This document shows, piece by piece, positions 9,576 to 19,232 of a DNA stretch of 64,000 nucleotides (within the stretch, counting starts at the first letter, position 1; each line of letters starts with the position of its first letter). The stretch lies in NCBI RefSeq assembly GCF_011045215.1, contig NZ_CP049201.1. One strand, given 5' to 3'. The DNA is from Escherichia coli. GTDB taxonomy: Bacteria; Pseudomonadota; Gammaproteobacteria; Enterobacterales; Enterobacteriaceae. The notes under the pieces were generated by a model. That model did not search any database. It was given only the letters and a program-made list of their open reading frames with translations, and had not been told where the DNA came from. The position numbers were made by a program, and so were the translations under genes.

Positions 9576-10121
9576 TTACAAACCAACGCGCGCTTTCATC
9601 CAGCCATAGACAAACGACTCATTGGCCTCGCGTTTCTCTGCCAGCTCCAGATAACGCTCGCCCTGCGTACAGTTCAGGGCTTTCACCAGTACCAGTTCAC
9701 CATCCCTGCTGCGATTTTTCAGATATGCCCGTAACGCATTAAGAGTACGCGGCCCGATGCGTCCATCTGCATCCATATCCGGATAGAGTTTCCCGCGCAG
9801 GTTGAAAACGTTCAGCCAGCGTTGAAGCATTCTGGACGCCACAGTTGGCCCCATGTTCACGCCCGTATCGCACAACTCTGAGGCAATATCCGGAGACAGG
9901 TTCGCAACCAGGTCGAATCGTGGTCCGTACCAGTAGTCCGCCTCGAGTATTTCCAGCGCCTGCTCACGCGTCAGGTCACGCATATCGCCATGATAACCGT
10001 GTGCGCGGGCAACTTTTTCAGTAATGCCCCATCTGGTCGGTCCACCTTTATCATCCGGATGATTGATGTAACCGCCCTCTTTTCCCAGAATTTCGTCAAA
10101 AATTTCATCTTTCGACTTCAT
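9576..10121 (-). CDS. endolysin, GH108-like lysozyme with peptidoglycan-binding domain
   Basis: Motifs EGGYINHPDDKGGPTRWGIT (GH108-like) and a C-terminal PG-binding-like region; downstream of two membrane-protein genes. Confidence 0.65.
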   Translation of the reverse strand: MKSKDEIFDEILGKEGGYINHPDDKGGPTRWGITEKVARAHGYHGDMRDLTREQALEILEADYWYGPRFDLVANLSPDIASELCDTGVNMGPTVASRMLQRWLNVFNLRGKLYPDMDADGRIGPRTLNALRAYLKNRSRDGELVLVKALNCTQGERYLELAEKREANESFVYGWMKARVGL

Positions 10122-10122
10122 A

Positions 10123-10413
10123 TCAGCGCCTTCGTAATACAAGGATTTTTGATACGTTCCCGCGTGCTCGTATCACCAGCACGCAGAACACCAGGTTAAT
10201 CAGGACGACCAGCCAGTTACCGGGTGGAAAGCGACCACACAGATAACAAAGCGGCGCAAAGGCATAAAGCAGCATCAGCAGCCAGGCCAGCCACGACATC
10301 AGCGGTTTATGTCTCGACTCACCACGACGATAAAAAAAGAGCGTCAGCACGATAACCGTGCTTAACACCACATTCAGTAATCCGGGAAGGTTACTTAACA
10401 TTACCGCCTCCAC
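10123..10413 (-). CDS. holin-like small membrane protein, 96 aa
   Basis: Two to three predicted hydrophobic helices and a basic C-terminus; immediately upstream of the endolysin. Confidence 0.45.
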   Translation of the reverse strand: MEAVMLSNLPGLLNVVLSTVIVLTLFFYRRGESRHKPLMSWLAWLLMLLYAFAPLCYLCGRFPPGNWLVVLINLVFCVLVIRARGNVSKILVLRRR

Positions 10414-10780
10414 CCCGCAGACGGGAGAACAGCCCGGATACCAGCGATGCGATATCCTGCTGGTGGATGAATGAGAGAATCTTCACTGACACCACCGATA
10501 CCAGTACCGCACAAAGCGCGTCGAGAGATGTGCTGTGGAGATTCAGTTTTTCAACCAGGTAAGACGCCATCACATCCGCCCCCAGCACGCCAACAATGAA
10601 CGACACCAGAAAATGCGCTGCCACACGCCAGACAGAAATCTTCTGTGGTATCGTGGCCACAAACAGCGCCCCTGCGAATGCACCAAACACAATCCCGAAA
10701 TCCGTTCCGGTAAACAGCCCGAATACCGTCGCCCCGCCGAGCGCCGCAGCCGTGCCGGAACCGGATAAGGGTTCAGACAT
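10391..10780 (-). CDS. holin (three predicted TM helices), 129 aa from MSEPLSG
   Basis: Internal ATG preceded by a GGAG Shine-Dalgarno; three hydrophobic segments; first gene of the lysis cassette. Confidence 0.5.
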   Translation of the reverse strand: MSEPLSGSGTAAALGGATVFGLFTGTDFGIVFGAFAGALFVATIPQKISVWRVAAHFLVSFIVGVLGADVMASYLVEKLNLHSTSLDALCAVLVSVVSVKILSFIHQQDIASLVSGLFSRLRGGGGNVK

Positions 10781-10796
10781 ACTTTTTCTCCTGTCA

Positions 10797-10822
10797 ATAA
10801 AAAAGGGCCTCTGTCGGCCCGT
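10797..10822 (-). terminator. terminator-like hairpin immediately upstream of the holin RBS
   Basis: gggcc-tctgtc-ggccc stem-loop followed on the minus strand by a T-run. Confidence 0.4.
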
Positions 10823-10856
10823 AAAAAAACACCCCGTCAAAGGCACCCGCAGATAC

Positions 10857-10900
10857 CTTTTGTGTGGTGTTATCTGGTGTTTTCTGGTGTGGTGTGTGCA
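10857..10900. repeat. GT-rich (TGGTGT)n-like degenerate repeat, CA-rich and G-poor on the transcribed minus strand
   Basis: Direct reading: ttttgtgtggtgttatctggtgttttctggtgtggtgtgtg. Confidence 0.6.
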
Positions 10901-10946
10901 GGACACAGATGTGAAAAAGGTCCGCTGGTACGAACCCTGTATATGG

Positions 10947-10975
10947 ATAAAAAAATGCCCGTCAGGAGACGGGCC
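10947..10975 (-). terminator. rho-independent terminator-like hairpin
   Basis: gcccgtc-agga-gacgggc stem-loop followed on the minus strand by a run of 7 T. Confidence 0.5.
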
Positions 10976-11277
10976 AGAGCATTCATCGTGTAGTAATAGA
11001 ATTATATTTATATATGGTCGCCACCAGAATGAGTCGTCAACCTACAAAGCCATCCTGGCTTACTGTACGTGTGCGCATGGAACAGGTAACGACTCATTCT
11101 GCTAACGACGTTTACAAGTAATAATCACATACCATTATGTAATACAAAAAAAAGCAGCACTGAAACTGTAACCGTTCAGATATTACAGCATGAAGAAAAA
11201 CAATAGTACCTACAAAGCTGTTCTCCGCGAAAATTCGCCAGTGCTGATAAAGCTATGCCTCGTTTGTTTTACAGGAG

Positions 11278-11349
<72 letters not shown>

Positions 11350-11352
11350 ATA

Positions 11353-11428
<76 letters not shown>

Positions 11429-12036
11429 GTTGGTTCCTCGGGAGTGAGATGAGATGCCCCGATACATAATGTATCATTCCCTCGGAACCACAAAAATAAT
11501 ACTAATAAATAATCAGGATGCAATATTTACCAACTATGTAATTGTAAATTTGTTTGAATAAAAAAATTACTAAACACGCCATACCCCCCTAAAAAGGGGG
11601 TCGTAATAATATAAGTGATACTAAACATCACATTACTAAATACATTGTATTAAGCTGGCGACCCGATGCGTAATCCCTTGATATTAAAAACTCCAAACAA
11701 AATCAGAATGCCATCTAAATACACAAAAAGCTGGCTTCACACCACCCTGTATGTGAACGCAGAACTCATCACCCCACGCGCTTTCGCAGCCAGTACACAA
11801 CCTGTGTCAAACGCTGGCAGATGAACAATGAAACTGCCAGCACGGTCACCTATCTTAGTTCGCGTCTCGCATTCTGCTTGATAATAAGTTTCCCGTTCTT
11901 CTCTTATTGTGCATTTCTCAGTTTATCTGTCAGTAGCATTTTGACATACCAATAATTCCTGTCGAGAAAATCAGTGAGCTAAAAAACCGTATTCACAGCC
12001 TCGGGCACGTTTAACGTACCGCACCACTTTTCGGGC

Positions 12037-12062
12037 GTAAAAAAACCCGCATTAAGCGGGTT
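12037..12062 (-). terminator. rho-independent terminator just downstream of the Q-like gene (tR'-like)
   Basis: acccgc-ttaat-gcgggt stem-loop followed on the minus strand by 7 T; lies about 80 bp after the Q-like stop. Confidence 0.55.
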
Positions 12063-12144
12063 TTCAGGTGTCCATGTCTGCTATACGCCTCGTGATACAG
12101 CTTTACGAAGCGTACCAAAATTGAAGCAGTTTGTACGTAAAAAA

Positions 12145-12687
12145 TCAAGCCATTTTTTGAGCAAATGATTCTCGCATGGGAATGTATAGCGCATACTCAG
12201 CAACAGCCAACCAATTAGCAATTCGCTTTTCGCATGTGCTAAAACACCACTCTGGGTGTGCATCATTTAGCAATTCAGCCATTTTTCGCTTAGTCATCCC
12301 CCGCCCCTCATAGCGTTGCCGGAGAATACAAATCAATCCCGGATGATCCGCCATAACTTCGCCAATAACTCTGTCGATTATTAATGCCTCTGAATCGGCA
12401 CAATGTGCCAGCCAGCTCTTTTGCTTGCCGTTAATCATATCCCGCAAAAAAGCCTCAAGTTCAGGCTTGTCCAGACCTGCTTTTTTCATCCTCCGGAGCG
12501 CCTCGTTAATTGCCGTTTTTGTCAGCTTTTTAGAGGTCAACATCTGGTTAAACATATTCCCTGTCTTACCGCCACCAATATACGACCAGCGCCCCCACAT
12601 ACGCAGTTTTCCCTGAATCCAGACACTTTCCAGCGTAGTGAGACGAAGGTGTTCTCCGCTTTTTCCTGTATTCGTTGGGTAAATCAC
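12145..12687 (-). CDS. putative late-gene antiterminator (Q-like), about 180 aa, GTG start
   Basis: Last gene before a promoter-terminator region, the tRNAs and the lysis cassette; GTG start with AAGGAGG Shine-Dalgarno 7 nt upstream; assignment is positional. Confidence 0.4.
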   Translation of the reverse strand: MIYPTNTGKSGEHLRLTTLESVWIQGKLRMWGRWSYIGGGKTGNMFNQMLTSKKLTKTAINEALRRMKKAGLDKPELEAFLRDMINGKQKSWLAHCADSEALIIDRVIGEVMADHPGLICILRQRYEGRGMTKRKMAELLNDAHPEWCFSTCEKRIANWLAVAEYALYIPMRESFAQKMA

Positions 12688-12974
12688 AAATATCCCTCCT
12701 TTCTCCAGATTTCTTGTGTGCGAAAAACACCTTCTGCATGCATCAGGCGCAATTCTTCTTTGGTGTAATCGATGGTTTTTACTCTCCCGTCGATTAAATC
12801 GTGGCACGAGCTACAGGCAATCGCCGCCTGCATATCGTGTGGTTTTGTCGCTGTTCCACACGTCCCCGCCAGCCTGTAATGTGCCAGCACAGACGTTCCG
12901 GGATTGTGATTGCAGTAGCCAGGAATTCTGACCTGGCACATCTGGCCCCGCGCCGCTTTACGCAAATTCACCAT
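12684..12974 (-). CDS. DUF1364-family protein (YbcO-like putative nuclease), 96 aa
   Basis: Cys-rich motifs CQVRIPGYCN...HYRLAGTCGT...IACSSCHD as in lambdoid YbcO/NinG-region proteins. Confidence 0.55.
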   Translation of the reverse strand: MVNLRKAARGQMCQVRIPGYCNHNPGTSVLAHYRLAGTCGTATKPHDMQAAIACSSCHDLIDGRVKTIDYTKEELRLMHAEGVFRTQEIWRKEGYL

Positions 12975-13585
12975 TACGCAAACTCCAGCAGCTGCGCGGC
13001 CACATTTTCGACTTGTTCCGGAGAGGAAAATTTACGGAACAGGATCCAGTTCCACAGCACATTCAGTACAGATTTATAAACCTGCTGAAACTCGGTTTCG
13101 TCCATATTCGCAAACGCGATTGATTTCGCCCTGCGCCCACGGCTACCATCCGGATAAAAATGCTCGGTGTAAAATCCGGCCTGAATGATTACCCACTCGC
13201 GGAAAGCGTCAAATGACTTAAGCAATGCCGTATCCCGGGTTCTGCGTGTCGCAACTGTATTCAGATATTGCTCTGCGGCTTCGCTCAGAGCTGGCGTATG
13301 TTCCCGGCCTACTGATTCACACAGGTAATCAACGAATCCTGATACCATTTCTCGTTCTCGAGGTGTGATCGCCCCACCGATCGGAGTCCAGTAATCGAAT
13401 CCCAGTTGCAGGAGTTTGAAAAAACGCTTGTGGAATGCGTAGTTACGCACACGCTTAAAGTCTGCGTGTATCCACTCACCTATTTTGATTTGATACAGAA
13501 AATCGCAACTCTCCGGCGTCGCCGGGAGAAGTAATCCGGAAGAGGTTTGTTTGACCAGTTGTATATGCGCCATTGCTTTCTCCAA
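12974..13585 (-). CDS. nin-region hypothetical protein (DUF1367-like), 203 aa
   Basis: ORF in the nin-like block upstream of the Q-like gene; family assignment is a recollection, not verified. Confidence 0.35.
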   Translation of the reverse strand: MEKAMAHIQLVKQTSSGLLLPATPESCDFLYQIKIGEWIHADFKRVRNYAFHKRFFKLLQLGFDYWTPIGGAITPREREMVSGFVDYLCESVGREHTPALSEAAEQYLNTVATRRTRDTALLKSFDAFREWVIIQAGFYTEHFYPDGSRGRRAKSIAFANMDETEFQQVYKSVLNVLWNWILFRKFSSPEQVENVAAQLLEFA

Positions 13586-13632
13586 TAGCGCTGTAGGTTG
13601 CCAGGTGTTCAGGCTGGCTTACGAATTATAAC

Positions 13633-13806
13633 TCATTCCCAAACTACCTTGAAACCGAGCCTTTCCAGGTATTCAATGAATGCCTCGATAGATAAAATTA
13701 CATGATCATCAGGAATTAACGTTGCGTAGATAACTTCCCCATTCTCAACGCGCACAGCATAGAGGCCATTTTCACTAAAAATTTCACGCAATTCTTCGAT
13801 TTTCAT
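13633..13806 (-). CDS. small hypothetical protein, 57 aa
   Basis: Internal ATG (MKIEELREIF...) preceded by an AGGA Shine-Dalgarno. Confidence 0.3.
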   Translation of the reverse strand: MKIEELREIFSENGLYAVRVENGEVIYATLIPDDHVILSIEAFIEYLERLGFKVVWE

Positions 13807-13970
13807 CAGCAGAATCCTTCTGGATAAATAACTTTCCCCTGTTTGGGGGCCATCCCTCTTCTCCCTGCGCGCCAATCAAGTAATGAGATTCTATTTCCCC
13901 CGTAATTAGCCTCAAGAACAACAAATCACAAAAACACAAAAAGCCTGTTTGATTAAAAATAATCGTAACA

Positions 13971-13992
13971 AAAAACCCGTCGAAGCGGGTTA
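13971..13992 (-). terminator. rho-independent terminator downstream of the hok-like gene
   Basis: aacccgc-ttcg-acgggtt hairpin followed on the minus strand by a T-run. Confidence 0.5.
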
Positions 13993-14059
13993 AGTACGGG
14001 GGCGTTGAAGATGCCTGACACATCAGAGGTGGCGGGAGATTTCTCTCCCGCCAGGTCTC

Positions 14060-14197
14060 TTACTCCTCAGGTTCGTAAGCTGTAAAGACAGCGACCTCCG
14101 TCTGACCGATTCGGATTTGTACCTCACAGAGGTCTTTCCTCGTTACCAGTGTCGTCACTATGACGGTTAAACAGATGACGATCAGGACGATTAACAT
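14060..14197 (-). CDS. hok: Hok/Gef-family type I toxin (RelF/HokD-like), 45 aa; not in the supplied ORF track
   Basis: Translation MLIVLIVICLTVIVTTLVTRKDLCEVQIRIGQTEVAVFTAYEPEE has the Hok signature: hydrophobic helix, then LCE...EVAVF...YE. Confidence 0.8.
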   Translation of the reverse strand: MLIVLIVICLTVIVTTLVTRKDLCEVQIRIGQTEVAVFTAYEPEE

Positions 14198-14654
14198 CAC
14201 CTTTTGCTACTTTATAGCCTGCTATGCCTTTCATGCATTCTTGGCTATACTAACCTTATACCTACAACACGAGAGACGCAGAAATGACCGTTCATGGCAT
14301 ATCAACAGGCAGTATCGTTCACTTACGTGAAAAAGATGGAGAATGGCTCGTAGTGCACATTCTTAATGACGACATTGTATATGTCCTCAAAAATGCAGAT
14401 TCAGGTGAAGAAATAAAAGTCACTCTTCAAGACATCAATACACCCAATAAATAATCCCTCCACAATCCCACGGGGGGTATTGTTCTTCTTATCATCACAA
14501 CCGCATCACACCACCAATTGCTCATTGCAGACAACACCCCAGCCATGCTACTCCTAAACGGTTTTATAGTGCTATAGCCCCGGATGTCTGTTGTCGTCAA
14601 CAGACATAACAAGCTAAAATAACAACACTCCCCAACAACGAAGGACTTAATACC

Positions 14655-14942
14655 ATGGCTCAGGTCTATTTTGATACTCTGAAATTCGTTGAAACCCTAG
14701 AAGCCGCCGGAATGCCTGCAGCACAAGCTCGCGCCATATCTGCTGCAGTAAAGGATTCTCACGAAGCGGCAGAAGTCGCTACAAAGCGCGACCTGAACGA
14801 TGTTAAAACTGAACTAAAAAATGACATTGCTGCCATTGATGCAAAAATTGATAAACTCACCCTGCAACTGACTGTCAGATTTGGCGGGATGCTCGTCGTT
14901 GCTGTTGGCGCACTGGCAGCCATCATGAAGCTACCTCTTTAA
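14655..14942 (+). CDS. DUF1640-like coiled-coil protein with C-terminal hydrophobic segment, 95 aa
   Basis: Plus-strand gene inside a minus-strand operon; AAGGA Shine-Dalgarno; followed by its own terminator. Confidence 0.5.
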   Translation: MAQVYFDTLKFVETLEAAGMPAAQARAISAAVKDSHEAAEVATKRDLNDVKTELKNDIAAIDAKIDKLTLQLTVRFGGMLVVAVGALAAIMKLPL

Positions 14943-14973
14943 AAAACCAGCCCTAATGGGCTGGCTTTTGTTA
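14941..14973. terminator. bidirectional rho-independent terminator
   Basis: ccagccc-taat-gggctgg hairpin flanked by an A-run upstream and a T-run downstream on the plus strand. Confidence 0.55.
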
Positions 14974-15050
14974 TCCCCAGCAGAAAATCGAATACACCAC
15001 CAGCGCCACCGCCATCGCAATTCCTGCCGTTGTGAATGCTTCAGGCCAGG

Positions 15051-15413
15051 TCATCGTAAAACATCCTCCACGCTTGTCAGTCCGTTTCGCTCCAGGTAGT
15101 CCATCGCCTTATCCGGCAATTTGCAGTCCGGCTTCGCTTTCCTCAGTTGCCAGGCTAACTGCTTTACCTGCATAGTTAACTCGTCGACCAGACGCTGATA
15201 CCCCACTGGTTTGTATTCATAAAATTTACCAACTGGCGCTGCTGCCAGCGATTGCAGTGCAATTTCCAGAACAGCAATATCCATCTTATATGCGCGAATG
15301 AGGTCATGGTCGATTGTGCCTGGTATGCACAGTCTCTGTGATTCAATAGCCTCCTCTGCGTGGGCTATTAACTGCTCTTTGGTAAACCGTTCTTCTTTGG
15401 TCAAAGTCGCCAT
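15051..15413 (-). CDS. hypothetical phage protein, 120 aa
   Basis: ORF in the nin-like block; no recognisable motif. Confidence 0.4.
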   Translation of the reverse strand: MATLTKEERFTKEQLIAHAEEAIESQRLCIPGTIDHDLIRAYKMDIAVLEIALQSLAAAPVGKFYEYKPVGYQRLVDELTMQVKQLAWQLRKAKPDCKLPDKAMDYLERNGLTSVEDVLR

Positions 15414-15587
15414 TTACTCTTCCACTTCGTCTTTTATTTCGTAAATTGAGTAATTGCAGTGATTAAAGAAAACATCAATTGCCTCGTTTTCTATTTCCTC
15501 AGGAGTCGCATCATCATCCACTTCAAATACATCTTCACGCACGTTACCAACAATCCTCGTTTCGATAACTATTTTGAATTTTCGCAT
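15414..15587 (-). CDS. small acidic hypothetical protein, about 57 aa
   Basis: Internal ATG (MRKFKIVIETR...); start uncertain. Confidence 0.3.
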   Translation of the reverse strand: MRKFKIVIETRIVGNVREDVFEVDDDATPEEIENEAIDVFFNHCNYSIYEIKDEVEE

Positions 15588-15713
15588 TGTCTTACCGCCC
15601 TTTCGGGCGGCCTCCTGATGTTTTGAGGGTGCAGAAATCCCTCCGGTTAAGGATTTAATAAAAATCACTTCTGATTTAAATTTCAGTGTCTTATTGTCAG
15701 TTTGTTTATCGCT

Positions 15714-16025
15714 TTATGCCTGAACCTTATTTCTCATCCATACACAAACCGGGCCGTCTTCCGTGTCATGAATGGAGCCAATAAACCACCCATCACCCTC
15801 TGGTCGTTCCGGCTCCCATGCGGAAATATCAGGACCATCCGCATCCGGATTAAAATCATCTTCATCCATTGCGCGAATGGTCCACTGAAGATTATTCGCC
15901 TTCATCCAGGCATTAAATTCTTCCGTCGAAATATACTCCCGGCCATCACAAAATTTTTCATATTCAGGATGTATCCAGCAGCCATATGCATCACGTTCTA
16001 CCGGCATTTCTTTGATTTCGTTCAT
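15714..16025 (-). CDS. hypothetical acidic phage protein, about 103 aa
   Basis: ORF in the nin-like block; internal start MNEIKEMPVERD assumed. Confidence 0.35.
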   Translation of the reverse strand: MNEIKEMPVERDAYGCWIHPEYEKFCDGREYISTEEFNAWMKANNLQWTIRAMDEDDFNPDADGPDISAWEPERPEGDGWFIGSIHDTEDGPVCVWMRNKVQA

Positions 16026-16038
16026 AACATTAACTCCA

Positions 16039-16221
16039 TTAAAATAATGCAAAACAAATTAACCACACCACTACAACCGATGCTATTAACACCCTGATTG
16101 CAAACAGTGGACTGATATGTCGAAAAGGATTTTCCCAGATAATAAAAGCCGCTGCCAGAAATGCACTGATCAGGAAAACAATAACAAACAGCTCAATTTT
16201 GATTATCCAGAACATATTCAC
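16039..16221 (-). CDS. small membrane protein, 60 aa
   Basis: Two hydrophobic helices; stop codon overlaps the upstream gene. Confidence 0.3.
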   Translation of the reverse strand: MNMFWIIKIELFVIVFLISAFLAAAFIIWENPFRHISPLFAIRVLIASVVVVWLICFALF

Positions 16222-16508
16222 TGCATCGCCTTCTGTAAAATAACCGCATGCCCCAGCTTCTCCGCCAGTGCCAGTTCTGCCCTAGCACCTGCCGACCGCT
16301 GCCAGTCTTTCAGCATGTAAATCGCATCCACGCAGCGAATCATTGCCATGCAAATATCCATGTAGTGCGGCTGCGTCAGTCCGTCCGGAAGTACTGCCGG
16401 ATTTAAGACTGTGTGCCCATCCCGTTTCAGTTCCTCTTCCGCCTTGTGGAACGCCTCACGGTTGAAATTTTCATAGCCCGTCATTGGACCGGCGATATAA
16501 ACCCTCAC
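16218..16508 (-). CDS. DUF4406-like protein (nucleoside 2-deoxyribosyltransferase-like fold), 96 aa
   Basis: MRVYIAGPMTG...N...AF motif typical of the DUF4406 / deoxyribosyltransferase-like family. Confidence 0.5.
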   Translation of the reverse strand: MRVYIAGPMTGYENFNREAFHKAEEELKRDGHTVLNPAVLPDGLTQPHYMDICMAMIRCVDAIYMLKDWQRSAGARAELALAEKLGHAVILQKAMQ

Positions 16509-16786
16509 TCCAGAACCCTCCTGTTGAAATAAACGTAGTTATTCACTGTGCGCAACGGCATTCCGAATTTTCTGGCAATTTCTCTCCTGGACACGCCACG
16601 CTGATGCAACTGTCGCACCAGCTCAATATCGCTCTGCGGATATTTTGTTGACTGGTGATAATCACCACGCAACATCATGCCGATACCCAGTTCCCGTGCT
16701 TTCGCCCTGACCGCCGGCTCACTACGACCAATCAGACTGCCGATGCTGTCGACTGTCATCGTTCCCGCACACTGCCGGAGCACCAT
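16505..16786 (-). CDS. HTH DNA-binding phage protein, about 93 aa; start uncertain
   Basis: Two HTH-like segments (SIGSLIGRSEPAVRAKARELGIG and VSRREIARKFGMPLRTV). Confidence 0.35.
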   Translation of the reverse strand: MVLRQCAGTMTVDSIGSLIGRSEPAVRAKARELGIGMMLRGDYHQSTKYPQSDIELVRQLHQRGVSRREIARKFGMPLRTVNNYVYFNRRVLE

Positions 16787-16824
16787 GATTTCAGCCCTGC
16801 ACCACTTCTTCCAGCCACTCACCG

Positions 16825-17604
16825 CTACCGTTCTCCGGTGGCGATAATCTGTCTGACAATATCCTTGTGCCTGTACAGTTCCCGCAGCGCCGCGCAGACT
16901 CGCTCCCACTTCCGGACATGATTTTTCGCCCGACGCAGTTCGCGGTTTGCCATATGCAGTGATGGTAAAACCAGGTCATCAGCTCGCGTTTCAGTAAACG
17001 ATGGCAGCGAATGCACAATGTCCGCCACAGTTTCTGTTTTAATATCTTCCTGTGTTGCAGCCTCCTGTACTGGTAACGCAACACATGCAGGTTGAGGAAA
17101 GGCTTTACCATCAGTTTCCGCTACCGATGCAGCTTTCGGCTCTGCTGGTAAATTATCGCCCGGCATGCAGTAACGAAATTTACCGTTCTGATTAACGCGA
17201 ATCAGACGACCTTTACTGATTGCCATTGCCAGCGTTGAAGCCACTTTGCGTGATGTGGTGCCGAAAAACGTAGCCAGTTCATCCGCCGTTTGTGGGCCAC
17301 GTTGTTCAATCGTCGCAGTTAAATCGCACTCCGAAATTTTCGCGACTGTTGCCGTGGCGGTTTCTTCCGGCAGTTCTGCCTGCTCTGGCTGTTCCTGCTG
17401 AACGTTGTTATCAGCCACACGCCAGGTGTATACGCTTTTATCAACGAAACCAGCCTTTTTCAGTTCCCACAGCTCGTTCAGTACCTCTTCACGACTGATA
17501 TCAAGTCGCGCAGCCAGTTCTACCGACGTGGCTTTTCCCATTGCTTTCAGTGCGTCAAAAACAGTCTCCATTAAAATTTCCTCCCGGTAAAAATCACTTC
17601 GCAA
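16825..17604 (-). CDS. hypothetical phage protein (YdaW / DUF1627-like position), 259 aa
   Basis: N-terminal winged-helix-like region; directly downstream of the DnaC-like gene as ydaW is in Rac. Confidence 0.4.
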   Translation of the reverse strand: MRSDFYREEILMETVFDALKAMGKATSVELAARLDISREEVLNELWELKKAGFVDKSVYTWRVADNNVQQEQPEQAELPEETATATVAKISECDLTATIEQRGPQTADELATFFGTTSRKVASTLAMAISKGRLIRVNQNGKFRYCMPGDNLPAEPKAASVAETDGKAFPQPACVALPVQEAATQEDIKTETVADIVHSLPSFTETRADDLVLPSLHMANRELRRAKNHVRKWERVCAALRELYRHKDIVRQIIATGER

Positions 17605-18340
17605 TTCCTAGCTGGACGACATTCGGACGCCAGCTCTCCCAGTTAAAATTCACCCATCGCCCGCCGTTCATGGTCATGCGATCCATAATCCTCTCGCCGA
17701 GCAATGTTTTCATGGCCTCATAGTTCAGGTTTGTCAGCATCCCCACGCTGCGCATCGACGCTGTCCGGCGATCAACAATCTGGTGCAGCACCACCAGCTC
17801 GTTTTTTGTCTCGCGCTGAATGCCAATTTCATCAAGAACCAGCAGATCCACTTCGCACAGTTCCCGCAAAAATTTTTCGCCTGATTTCCCGTCGTCATAG
17901 CTGGCGTGTAGAGCACTCATGACATCAGCCACGGTAACCACAATCACTGTCTGGCCATCTTTCAGCAGGCGATTCCCGATTGCCGCCGCCAGATGGTTTT
18001 TTCCGGTACCAGGTTTTCCGCTGAACGCAAAATTTGTACACCCGGTCATCAGTTCATCAGCGATAGATTTCGCCTGGCTCAACGCGTATCGCTGGCCGTC
18101 GTTCTGCACCAGGTAATTCGCAAACGAGCATTTGCGGTGCAACAGCTGGATGCCGGAGCGATTCAGGATTTTTTCCACCCGCAACTGACGATTCTGACGG
18201 TTGATCTCCTCACAACGTTTCTGGCCTTCTACAAGTTGCCACTCGCGCCACTCCGCCACCGTCCTGAATGGCGCGGTTACATGTGACGGGGCCAGTCTGC
18301 GGATACGTTCCAGAACGCCGCCTGTCGCAATATTTTTCAT
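17594..18340 (-). CDS. ydaV: DnaC-like replication helicase loader (IstB-type AAA ATPase), 248 aa
   Basis: Walker [16 protein letters not shown] and Walker B LLVLDEIG; downstream of the O-like gene; length matches Rac YdaV. Confidence 0.7.
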   Translation of the reverse strand: MKNIATGGVLERIRRLAPSHVTAPFRTVAEWREWQLVEGQKRCEEINRQNRQLRVEKILNRSGIQLLHRKCSFANYLVQNDGQRYALSQAKSIADELMTGCTNFAFSGKPGTGKNHLAAAIGNRLLKDGQTVIVVTVADVMSALHASYDDGKSGEKFLRELCEVDLLVLDEIGIQRETKNELVVLHQIVDRRTASMRSVGMLTNLNYEAMKTLLGERIMDRMTMNGGRWVNFNWESWRPNVVQLGIAK

Positions 18341-18346
18341 GGTCAG

Positions 18347-19153
18347 TTACCCCCTGAAGCCTGGCGGGATCGCACTGTCCGGCAACGAGACGGTGTTAAC
18401 CTGTCGAGGCAGCATCTCCGGTCGAACGCCTTTCGGTGCGAACAAACCCTGGTATTCATTGGCGATGCTGTGTCGAATCACCTGCTCAGGGGTAAAACCC
18501 TGCTGGCGGAATTTTTCCAGTTCCCGTATCGCCCCGTTAGCGCCCTGCTCTGTTCGAATCGGTTTTCGCAATGCCTGGCGAAATTCAACCCACTCACGCC
18601 AAAGCGAGACAGAAATCCAGTTCGGCAAAGCAATATCCAGAGGGTCAAACTTTTTGACACCTCGATTCCCCCGGGGGGGATTTAGGGGGGGATCTGTTTT
18701 TAGATCTTTATCTGTATCTTTATTAGTTGCCTTTGTGTTGGCATCATGTTCAAACACTGCTCCAACTTCTGTTTGAACACCTGTTAAATTTCTCTCTTGT
18801 TTTGTTTGAACATCTGCTTCCTTTCTGCTTCTTCTGGCCTGAACAGATGCTTTTCCGGCGGCTGATTTTTTGGTTAATTTTTCCCTGACTGAAGCCAGAT
18901 CTTCCTCAATCCGAAGATGCACCCATTCGTCGCCGTTATCGCAAAAAAACTCCCGCAAGGATGGTTCAACATCAGCCCATCGCTCGTTAGTCAGACGAGC
19001 AATTTTTGCCAGCCTGTTTTTGGGTATTGGCTTTCCTGTTTGCCAGTAATTGAACATCAGCAACAAATACGCACCGTGCTCCTCTGCTGACAAATGCATG
19101 GTGTCAGCCAAGTAATCAGCTATGTACAGTTGCATATATGGTAATGCGGCCAT
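18347..19153 (-). CDS. ydaU: replication initiation (O-like / DUF1376) protein
   Basis: N-terminal YMQLYIADYLADTMHLSAEEHGAYLLLM motif; position upstream of the DnaC-like loader; start taken at internal MAALPYMQ. Confidence 0.55.
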   Translation of the reverse strand: MAALPYMQLYIADYLADTMHLSAEEHGAYLLLMFNYWQTGKPIPKNRLAKIARLTNERWADVEPSLREFFCDNGDEWVHLRIEEDLASVREKLTKKSAAGKASVQARRSRKEADVQTKQERNLTGVQTEVGAVFEHDANTKATNKDTDKDLKTDPPLNPPRGNRGVKKFDPLDIALPNWISVSLWREWVEFRQALRKPIRTEQGANGAIRELEKFRQQGFTPEQVIRHSIANEYQGLFAPKGVRPEMLPRQVNTVSLPDSAIPPGFRG

Positions 19154-19232
19154 AACTGCCTCATCTGGTGCCGAACCTTCCTCCGGATATAATCTGTGAT
19201 TCCCCAATCAACAGAACCAAAGGAGGTTCGAC

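Noticed and set aside
11445-11490. Third tRNA downstream of tRNA-Thr
   Set aside because: The region contains a GATACATaATGTATC palindrome but no acceptor stem or TψC-loop consensus.
14283-14453. 56-aa plus-strand ORF (MTVHGISTGSIVHLREKDGEW...) next to the hok-like gene
   Set aside because: It lies where the hok mRNA leader/promoter and Sok-like antisense RNA are expected and has only a weak Shine-Dalgarno; cannot be excluded, but is more likely non-coding.
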